Shown: positions 56,977-64,000 of the stretch, piece after piece
Layout of the letters: each line of letters opens with the position of its first letter
Numbering within the stretch: position 1 is the stretch's first letter
Assembly: GCA_963764725.1 (NCBI GenBank)
Contig: CAVXTM010000012.1
Coordinates: 224,001 to 288,000, forward strand
Direction of reading: 5' to 3'
DNA: 64,000 nucleotides
Source of the DNA: an uncultured Gammaproteobacteria bacterium
Lineage (GTDB): Bacteria > Pseudomonadota > Gammaproteobacteria > JACCXJ01
Made by a program: the position numbers and the translations under genes
Notes under the pieces: generated by a model
The model's input: the letters and a program-made list of their open reading frames with translations, nothing else
Databases searched by the model: none
What the model was told of the DNA's origin: nothing

Positions 56977-58215
56977 ATGACCGAGAAATGCTATCAGATT
57001 TTGTTCCTGTGCAGCGGAAATTCCGCCCGCAGCATCCTCGCCGAGGCAATTTTAAACCGGATCGGCCGCGGCCGGTTCCGGGCCTTCAGCGCCGGCAGTC
57101 ATCCCAAGGGCTACGTCCACCCGCTCGCCCTCGATCTGCTGCAGGGTTTGAATTTTCCAACCGCGAGACTGCGCAGCAAGTCCTGGGACGAGTTTAGCGG
57201 TCCTGGCGCGCCGTCCTTCGACCTGGTCCTGACCGTCTGTGATAACGCGGCCGCCGAGACCTGCCCAATCTGGCCCGGCCAGCCCATGAGCGTTCACTGG
57301 AGCCTTCCGGACCCGGCCGCGGTCGACGGCGATCGGATGGCAGCCTTCCGAAGGGCTTTTGACACGCTGGAAAATCGCATCGCCATGCTCGTGAATCTGC
57401 CCATGGCCACCCTGGACCGCTTAGAGATCAACGCGCGGCTCGCAAAGATTGGCCGCGCGCAACACCCCTGGCTCTCCCGTAAACCGATTCCGCCCGCGGA
57501 ACGCCTAATCGCCGCGCTCGACGTTCCGGGCGCATCCGAAGCCAAGGCGTTGGTGGAATCGCTGGGGGACGCCGTGGTGTTTTACAAGCTCGGTCTGGAG
57601 CTATGCATGTCCGGATCTTACTTCGATCTCATCGAATGGCTCTTTAGCCGGCAAAAAAAGGTCTTCGCCGATCTCAAATTCTTCGATGTCCCGGAGACAG
57701 TGGGCCGCGCGGTGAGACGCCTTAAAGATCGCGGTGTGCACTTCGCCTCCGTCCATGGCAATGACCTTATGCTGGAGGCCGCAGTGCGAGAGAAGGGCGA
57801 ACTCAAGATCCTCGCGGTCACGGTGCTCACGAGCCTGGACCAGCGCGATCTTGAGGATCTGGGGTTTCAATGCGACGTCGAACGATTGGTTTTATCGCGA
57901 GCAAAACGCGCCTTGGCCATCGGTTGCGATGGCGTGATCTCATCGGGTCTGGAGGCGCCCAAGCTACGCGCCGAACTCGGCGAGCGGCTGCTTGTCGTCA
58001 CGCCGGGGATCCGGCCGGTGGAAAACCGGCCGAGCGACGACCAAAAGCGCGTGGTGGACGTGAACGAAGCCTTCCTTAACGGCGCGGATCATATCGTGGT
58101 CGGGCGCCCGATCCGCGATGCAAAAGATCCGCGCGCAACGGCCGAGGAGATGCAAGCAACCATCAGAGCGTTGTTCATAAATATATCCCCCGGGGTCTTG
58201 CCGCGGGGACCTTAG
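56977..58215 (+). CDS. pyrF: Fusion of an ArsC/LMW-PTP-type arsenate reductase and OMP decarboxylase
   Basis: CSGNSARS, TVCD...E.CP and HW..PDP, then LIAALDV, YKLGLEL, DLKFFDVPETV, VTPGIRP, DDQKR and VVGRPI in one frame. Confidence 0.88.
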   Translation: MTEKCYQILFLCSGNSARSILAEAILNRIGRGRFRAFSAGSHPKGYVHPLALDLLQGLNFPTARLRSKSWDEFSGPGAPSFDLVLTVCDNAAAETCPIWPGQPMSVHWSLPDPAAVDGDRMAAFRRAFDTLENRIAMLVNLPMATLDRLEINARLAKIGRAQHPWLSRKPIPPAERLIAALDVPGASEAKALVESLGDAVVFYKLGLELCMSGSYFDLIEWLFSRQKKVFADLKFFDVPETVGRAVRRLKDRGVHFASVHGNDLMLEAAVREKGELKILAVTVLTSLDQRDLEDLGFQCDVERLVLSRAKRALAIGCDGVISSGLEAPKLRAELGERLLVVTPGIRPVENRPSDDQKRVVDVNEAFLNGADHIVVGRPIRDAKDPRATAEEMQATIRALFINISPGVLPRGP

Positions 58216-58302
58216 CGATGGGGTTTCCAAAGGGGAGAGGCGCAGCTCTCCCCTTTGGTCGCCCCACGGGGTTGCATACCCCGTGATGGCGAAATCTAAA
58301 TT
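58181..58302. repeat. Three-hairpin element, diverged copy 3
   Basis: Same layout and ggggtttccaaagggg core; stems ccaaaggggagag/ctctcccctttgg and cacggggt/accccgtg. Confidence 0.8.
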
Positions 58303-59858
58303 GACTCACGTCGCACGCCTGATCGGCTCCATTCGTAGTAGTTCTTCAGAAGACGTTTCATCGTCGCGGTCAGCCGGGTTTTCCGCCACAGGTTAGCGGC
58401 TTTTTTTACGGCCTCCGCCTGGGTGGGATACGGGTGGATGCTCGCGAGCAAGGTTTTCAGGCCCCGGCCCGCTCGCATCAGTACCGTGATCTCACTGATG
58501 ATCTCGCCTGCATGCTCGGCGACGACGGTCGCCCCGAGGATGCGATCCGTTCCCTTCTTGATATGCAGCCGCGCAAAGCCCTCCTCTTCACCATCGAGGA
58601 TCGCGCGATCGACCTCGGCCAGATCGTAAGTATAGGTTTCGGTTTCCATGTCCTGCTCGGCGGCAGCCGCATCCATCCCCACATGGGCAATCTCGGGCGT
58701 GGTGTAGGTGCACCAGGGGACGAGGAGTGAGCGCGTGGTGGCGGAGCCCAGCCCAAAGGGATGAGGAAAGAGCGCGTTTTGGATCACGATTTGCGCCAGG
58801 GCATCGGCCATGTGAGTAAATTTGTACGCGGAGCAGACGTCACCGGCGGCGTAAATCGAAGGATTCGTGGTCCGCAAATGATCATCCACCCGCACGCCGG
58901 CCTCGGGATCGAAATCGACCCCGGCCGCTTCCAAGCCCAGGCCTTCGACGTTCGGGGCTCGCCCTACGCCCACGAGGACTTCATCGACACACAGTTCCTG
59001 CCGCCGGCCTTGTGTTTCATAGCCTACAATCTTTCCGCGCTCGGCGCGGCTCACCTGACTTATGCCGGCGTTCAATGCGAATGTTACGCCCTCGCTTTCC
59101 ATCCGCTGCTGCACGACGCGGGCCGCATCCGGGTCGTCCCGCACGAGGATACGCTCGGCGCGTTCTAGCACCCAGACCTCGCTCCCGAAGCGAGCGAAGG
59201 TCTGCGCCAGTTCGCAGCCGATCGGCCCGGCCCCGATGACCGCTAACCGACGCGGTAGCGCGCTCAGATCGAAGACCGTCTCGTTGGTGAGATAGCCGGC
59301 TTCCTTGAGACCGGGGATCGGCGGCGCCATCGCGCGCGTACCCGTGCAAACCGCGGCTTTTCTGAAGATCAGCGTCTGGTCCTCAACCGCGATCCGGTCC
59401 CCTCCGGTGAAACGCCCTTCGCCCAAGTAAACATCGACCCCGAGACGGGTGTAACGTTCAACGGAATCGTTGTTGCTGATGCGTGCGCGCAGCCGCCGCA
59501 TGCGCGCCATGGCGGCAGTGAAGTCGTAGCCGACCTCGCCCGCGATCCGCAATCCGAACTCCTCCGCGTTGCGCAGCCCGGACCATGCGCGTGCGGCGCG
59601 AATCAAGGCCTTGGAAGGCACACAACCCGCATTAAGGCAATCACCGCCCATTAGCGCTTTTTCGACCAGCGCCACCTTCGCACCCAGTCCCGCCGCCACC
59701 ACCGCTGTCACGAGCCCGGCCGTTCCCGCCCCGATGACGGCCAGGTTGTACACCCCGGATGGCCGTGGATTAATCCAGTTGCTCGGCCGAACGTTCGCGG
59801 TCAGCTCGCGGTTGTACGCGTCATCGGGAAGGAGCCCGTCGCGGCGCGCGTTATTCAC
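58296..59858 (-). CDS. FAD-dependent pyridine nucleotide-disulfide oxidoreductase (MerA/LpdA-like)
   Basis: GAGTAG, GGDCLNAGCVPSK, GAGPIG and IHPYPT; lacks the C-terminal Cys-Cys pair of MerA. Confidence 0.85.
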   Translation of the reverse strand: MNNARRDGLLPDDAYNRELTANVRPSNWINPRPSGVYNLAVIGAGTAGLVTAVVAAGLGAKVALVEKALMGGDCLNAGCVPSKALIRAARAWSGLRNAEEFGLRIAGEVGYDFTAAMARMRRLRARISNNDSVERYTRLGVDVYLGEGRFTGGDRIAVEDQTLIFRKAAVCTGTRAMAPPIPGLKEAGYLTNETVFDLSALPRRLAVIGAGPIGCELAQTFARFGSEVWVLERAERILVRDDPDAARVVQQRMESEGVTFALNAGISQVSRAERGKIVGYETQGRRQELCVDEVLVGVGRAPNVEGLGLEAAGVDFDPEAGVRVDDHLRTTNPSIYAAGDVCSAYKFTHMADALAQIVIQNALFPHPFGLGSATTRSLLVPWCTYTTPEIAHVGMDAAAAEQDMETETYTYDLAEVDRAILDGEEEGFARLHIKKGTDRILGATVVAEHAGEIISEITVLMRAGRGLKTLLASIHPYPTQAEAVKKAANLWRKTRLTATMKRLLKNYYEWSRSGVRRESI

Positions 59859-60098
59859 GCTTGATGCTCTCGAATCGCAGCCGGTGGTAGGGCACCGGCA
59901 CCAGCGGCAGCGGGAGCCACCGCTGGATGCACTTGCCCACTAGCAGAGACCGCGATGGGTCCACGGCACGCTCCTCGTTTTACGTCATGCCTATCGACAT
60001 TCTCCGGGACAAAGTCTAACACGGAGCCGAGCACGCGCGCTCGATATTCCCCGGCGGTAAGGCGCCGCTTACGTGTGCCGAAGAGCAACACATCGGAT

Positions 60099-60132
60099 GT
60101 AGGGAGGGTTAGGGCGCAGCCTGTAACCCGCC
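60099..60132 (+). repeat. GTAG-type REP-like palindrome
   Basis: GTAG-ggagggtta-gggcgcagcctg-taacccgcc. Confidence 0.55.
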
Positions 60133-60140
60133 GCCTCCAA

Positions 60141-60232
60141 GTTTCAATGAGCGGGCGATACGAAGTACTCCACGGAGAATAGTAGCCCGTCTTCGGTTTC
60201 AATCCGCGCCCGCTCAAATGAGCGGGCGATAC
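60141..60232 (-). CRISPR. Minimal type I-C CRISPR array: one full repeat, one 34-nt spacer and one internally deleted repeat
   Basis: 37-nt GTATCGCCCGCTCATTTGAGCGGGCGCGGATTGAAAC at 60196-60232; 21-nt remnant at 60141-60161; next to cas2. Confidence 0.85.
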
Positions 60233-60410
60233 TGCCCGCGCGCAACCTCTGATGTATGAACCGTAATTCCGACAGTGCGCGCGAACCTGTCGGCTAGTCT
60301 GAACATCCTTTGCCTCTGACCGATACACAAGTTCTATTTTACCATTCCCAATCACTCGCTTGCGCTCGCCGCGAATCTCCCAGCTAAACAGCCGCCACTT
60401 GAGGTTCGCG
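60233..60410 (-). promoter_or_regulatory. CRISPR leader
   Basis: Lies between the cas2 stop and the first repeat; contains gcgcgaacc/ggttcgcg motifs typical of I-C leaders. Confidence 0.6.
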
Positions 60411-60701
60411 CTAAACCATCAGCGGCCCGTCGAAATCCACGGCTTTGAAGTGCCCGAACTCCTTGACGTGTTCTTGCAAGGGTTCATTGAGACGATAAAA
60501 ACGGAGATTGTCCTCCGTTAAACTAATTTCATCGAGAAGCCGCTGTTCCATAACCGCGTAGTTGGTCGCATCTACCTTGCATTCAAAAACGGATTTCTGA
60601 ACGCGCTGCCCGTAGTCCTGACATACTCTGGCTACACGGCGCAGCCGCCGCCGTCCTTCCGCCGTTTCCGTGGACACATCATAGGCCACTAATATCAGCA
60701 C
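60411..60701 (-). CDS. cas2: CRISPR-associated endonuclease Cas2
   Basis: [10 protein letters not shown]...[22 protein letters not shown]...D.LRFY; 96 aa from a GTG start. Confidence 0.93.
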   Translation of the reverse strand: MLILVAYDVSTETAEGRRRLRRVARVCQDYGQRVQKSVFECKVDATNYAVMEQRLLDEISLTEDNLRFYRLNEPLQEHVKEFGHFKAVDFDGPLMV

Positions 60702-60711
60702 GACGGCACGC

Positions 60712-61170
60712 TCAACGGTGAAGATAAGGCACGTAGGCAGGCGCGTCGCGCCGTAGATAACGCGCGAGCATACGTGCCTGCACGTGCGCCAAGAGACCGA
60801 TCGGCACCTGCTGCCCGAGCACGGGGTGGGCGAGGGTCTCCTGCTTGCGTTTCTGGTAAGCGCCGATGACAAGCTTACGGCCCTCGTCGTTCAGAAGGAC
60901 GGCGCCCCCCGGGCGCTTATCGAAATGCTTGGCCTGGATCTGGGCCCGGTTGATCAATGTCAACGCCAGCCGATCGGCGATCACCGAACGGAACTCCTCC
61001 AAGATATCCAAGGCAAGCGCCATGCGTCCCGGCCGCACGGCATGCAGAAACCCGAGCTGCGGATCAAGTCCTACGCTCTCCACGGCGCTGCGGCAATCGT
61101 TGAGGAGGACCGCGTAGAGGAACGACAGCAGCGCATTCATGGGGTCGAGCGGCGGCCGGCGCGTGCGTAC
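60712..61170 (-). pseudogene. cas1: Type I-C Cas1, C-terminal half only
   Basis: RTRRPPLDPMNALLSFLY, GLDP.LGFLH..RPGR.ALALD..EEFR and ADRL; N-terminal domain absent. Confidence 0.9.
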
Positions 61171-61261
61171 GTCAGGCATCAGGAATTTCCACCGTGAGCT
61201 GGCGACTCGTGGGGGTAATCGTTTGTGACCACATAAGTAAACTCCTTCGTTTACGTCTTGG

Positions 61262-61489
61262 CTAAGGTACTCCGATTGGCATTCCAAACCCAGAGTTCGA
61301 CACCTCTTGGGATCGCTCAGCATAAACCGCTACGGTGTAATCCTCGAACTTGCGGGGCGCAGTAACGCCGGTCTTTTTGTCGATGTCGATCACTTTGCCG
61401 TCATCGGCCTTTTGCTCTATATCCAGCAGTCGGTGCGCCGGCGCACAGCCAAGCATTGCCTGACGCTTGCGCCGTTCGGGGTCGTCCAT
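61262..61489 (-). pseudogene. cas7: Cas7/Csd2 C-terminal fragment
   Basis: LGCAPAHRL and PRKFEDY match the Csd2 C-terminal pattern. Confidence 0.65.
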
Positions 61490-61496
61490 GAAGTCT

Positions 61497-61859
61497 TCAC
61501 TTCAAGGGTTTAGCCGCCATTCGCTTGCGCGTGCGCGATACTCGGTCAACGCCGATGCCGGTATTCTCCAAAGCCACAATGCCAAGAATCGGGTCGCAAT
61601 CCTCGGGACCAAAGATAATCTGCGCTACGGTTTCACTGCCCATGAAGCTGATGCGCACAAAACCGAAGGGATATTCCACGACTTCGCCGTTGGCAAGCTC
61701 GTAAACATCCCGCCCCTCAATCTCGATGCCGGCCGCTTTCAAGGATGAAGCGGGCGCAAGACAATCGATGGCGCCAGTATCCACCAGAAAGTCGGCTTCG
61801 TAAGAAGGTTGATCTTTGCGTAGATTGGCTACGCTGACCGTGACATGCGTGATTCCCAT
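61497..61859 (-). CDS. Clan AA (retropepsin-like) aspartic protease
   Basis: FLVDTGA, LANG and PILG..ALE; AGGAG RBS. Confidence 0.85.
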   Translation of the reverse strand: MGITHVTVSVANLRKDQPSYEADFLVDTGAIDCLAPASSLKAAGIEIEGRDVYELANGEVVEYPFGFVRISFMGSETVAQIIFGPEDCDPILGIVALENTGIGVDRVSRTRKRMAAKPLK

Positions 61860-62003
61860 GGCGTTTTCTCCTGGAGCTTAAATGTCGTGTCTCTCGTGCT
61901 CGTGCGTGCCGCGCAGCGTGTGCCCTGGAACTCGCCCTCAGCGTGGATGAGATAGCAGCGGCGCGGGTGGCGCCGCTTCATGCTTTTTGCGAACAAAGAA
62001 TAC

Positions 62004-64000
62004 TTAGTAGATGCCCCAGTCATGCTCTTCGTCGGCTCGCGATTCCTGTTGGATGTGACGTGTGACAAAAGCCAAGCTTTGAGCCACCCACGCGCGAACA
62101 GCAGGATTCGCGTGGTTCTCAAGTGATAGCAGTGCCTCTTCCTGCCGCCGGTAGTAAGGAACTAAGGACCCCGACCAAGAGAACGTGCCCATATTGGCCG
62201 ACAGTGCTTGAAGTACCTTCTCATTGTCGCCGAACTGGTCAACCAGCGCTCTTGCCAAGGGATGCAAGGCCCAACGACCGTCAACATTAACCGTGACGGG
62301 AATAACTCTAGCCAAGAACGTTGGAGCGAATTCGGAATTGCTCCGACACCATTCGAGGAGAAGCTCATCTGGGAGTTCCTGTAGGATACTAATTTCCTGC
62401 TCAGGCCGGTTAGTTGCTGAAAGCATATGCTCCAGGTGAAAACGCCCAGACGCGTCGGCAGCCGAGATCGCTGCACTAAATAGGGGCCACGCCCGTTTAG
62501 GGTACGACCGCAGCAAAACGCGTAACACCGGCTTAACGTTGTGCTCCAAATTAGCATATGGAAGCTTGTCAGAGACTGTAGCTAGGATCTTCTTAATTAT
62601 TAATTCAGCAAATTCTCCATCTTCGTCTTCCAAAATTTTTGTGACCGCTCTCTCCCAATGGTGAAAGTCCATCATTCCACGCCCAGAATCTCCCGAGAGG
62701 CGAATCTCCGTTAGCACAGATTTGAATGTATCAACACTAGCCTTCCATTTCGCCTCGTCATCATGGCAATACATAGATAGGATATCTAGCGCGACCCAAG
62801 GACCTTCTGGTTGAAAACAAAGCAGATCCGTAACCCAGACGGAAATCTCATCAGGTGATAGATGGGCGATAACACGGTTATAGGTAAATGCGCGACATAC
62901 CTCGACTCCAAGCTTCGCATCTCTGATGAGCCTAAGTAGAACCTTTAAATGCCGTAGCTCAGGGTGGCTCAATCGAATTAAGTTCGCGTAATGCCGGCGT
63001 AAGGTCTTCGAGGTGGCCGCATGGTCAACGAGTTCATCCCAAGCTTTCCTGTCTCGGTCTCTCAATACCTCCAACATTCCTGCCAGCACAATAGGGTTTG
63101 CGTCTTGCACATCCTCCAGCACTCTCATGGCATTTCTTGCTAATTCCGCTGGGTCAGGAACCCTCTCAACAATAGTGCGTCCGAAAATATATCCCTGCCT
63201 CTGTTCCCCAACGAGCAGCACATCTAGGTTCTTGACGAGTTCATCAACAGTGCTAGCACATTCTTGCGCGAGTTGCTTTGCCTTTTCTGCAGCAAGATCT
63301 ACGTAGTGTCCATTTTCATCCTTCTCGCGCTCATAAGGAGGTGTACTGACAAAGAGTCTTAAGCGCTCACGTAACACCTTAGGCTGGAGAAGTCGAATCC
63401 ATTCTTCGAGCTTCTTCCGGCCTTCTGGCGGCACCCGATTGCTGTCGTAGTGAAGTGAGACTTGAACGCTATCCAAAGCCTCCGCCCAGAGTGGGCCATC
63501 GTGTTCCACTATGCGATGCAAGGCTTGGTCGAGTGCATTGACTCTTCCATAGAGCATGAGTCCTCGTATGCTTGAGGCAATCGCCGACTTTGCAATTACT
63601 TTGAGTTCGCCTTCGCGGAGCACGAGCGCAGTTAAGCGCTCCAGCGCGGCCTCCCAATATTCGAACGCTTCCCCCCAAGTCTTTGGCCGCCAGTCCTGCA
63701 GTGGGATACCACTTCCTTGTTGCTCGGCGCCACCCGTACGGCTGAAATGGTGTGTCCGTAATGCTCGGCTTAACGCCTTGACACCGAGTGCCTGCTGATC
63801 TGGATCATTGGATCCAAGCGCTTCGTCCGCAATATCTAAGCGCATTTCAGGAGGCGCTTCTGTTCCGGACAGATAAGTGCTGAAGAGCTGCTCGAACTGG
63901 TCGGTTGCGTTGTTAGACCACCGCTCATTTTCGGCTGCTGCCAGCCGCAATAGCAGTCGGGCGGCAACCGGAAACGTCTCTCGACGAAAGCACAGCTTTT
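62004..64000 (-). CDS. Large helical-repeat protein, C-terminal part (runs off window); possibly defence-associated
   Basis: Frame stays open to the window edge (KLCFRRETF..AARLLLRLAAAENE..SNNAT..F..LF..YLSGTEA); visibly lower GC than the core genes. Confidence 0.7.
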   Translation of the reverse strand, partial: KLCFRRETFPVAARLLLRLAAAENERWSNNATDQFEQLFSTYLSGTEAPPEMRLDIADEALGSNDPDQQALGVKALSRALRTHHFSRTGGAEQQGSGIPLQDWRPKTWGEAFEYWEAALERLTALVLREGELKVIAKSAIASSIRGLMLYGRVNALDQALHRIVEHDGPLWAEALDSVQVSLHYDSNRVPPEGRKKLEEWIRLLQPKVLRERLRLFVSTPPYEREKDENGHYVDLAAEKAKQLAQECASTVDELVKNLDVLLVGEQRQGYIFGRTIVERVPDPAELARNAMRVLEDVQDANPIVLAGMLEVLRDRDRKAWDELVDHAATSKTLRRHYANLIRLSHPELRHLKVLLRLIRDAKLGVEVCRAFTYNRVIAHLSPDEISVWVTDLLCFQPEGPWVALDILSMYCHDDEAKWKASVDTFKSVLTEIRLSGDSGRGMMDFHHWERAVTKILEDEDGEFAELIIKKILATVSDKLPYANLEHNVKPVLRVLLRSYPKRAWPLFSAAISAADASGRFHLEHMLSATNRPEQEISILQELPDELLLEWCRSNSEFAPTFLARVIPVTVNVDGRWALHPLARALVDQFGDNEKVLQALSANMGTFSWSGSLVPYYRRQEEALLSLENHANPAVRAWVAQSLAFVTRHIQQESRADEEHDWGIY

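Noticed and set aside
58296-59858. Mercuric reductase merA
   Set aside because: No C-terminal Cys-Cys, no N-terminal metal-binding domain and no mer operon context
60014-60066. Possible integron attC site starting GTCTAAC
   Set aside because: No complementary GTTAGAC end, weak pairing and no integrase; similar weak candidates near 26020 and 48700 were also dropped
1-64000. tRNA, rRNA, intact transposase, prophage or integrase genes
   Set aside because: None recognised by eye; a tRNAscan/Rfam run would be needed to exclude them formally

Overview
GC-rich bacterial window, probably from a gammaproteobacterium, in five blocks. (1) 1-19.9 kb: galU/manC, then a tetrahydromethanopterin/methanofuran (H4MPT/MFR) C1-transfer cluster (cofactor-synthesis genes, fae, mch, mtdB, mptG). 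Divergent from it is fwdD-fwdB-fwdA-ftr-fwdC-ferredoxin-ferredoxin:NADP reductase, in which the B subunit keeps its Fe-S and Mo/W-ligand motifs, so it looks like a redox-active dehydrogenase rather than the Methylobacterium-type Fhc. (2) 20-32 kb: a decaying island of small stress proteins (CsbD, BON, DUF3309, DUF1328, glycine zipper), a Crp/Fnr regulator with recurring TGTGC-N6-GCACA-like boxes, a GGDEF protein and IS debris. (3) 32.5-38.6 kb: two divergent cobalamin riboswitches ahead of btuB-btuM and metE. (4) 38.6-58.2 kb: housekeeping genes (pdxA, surA, lptD, mpl), a lipoprotein globin, a MinD-patatin-hybrid kinase signalling operon, a PmoD/AmoD-like protein and an ArsC-PyrF fusion. (5) 58.3-64 kb: a flavin disulfide reductase, a collapsed type I-C CRISPR-Cas locus and a large lower-GC ORF cut by the window edge. 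A roughly 120-bp three-hairpin element with compensatory stem changes occurs three times, plus one partial copy. Five +1 frameshifts in four genes may be sequencing errors. All family assignments come from motif recognition by eye; no database searches were run.
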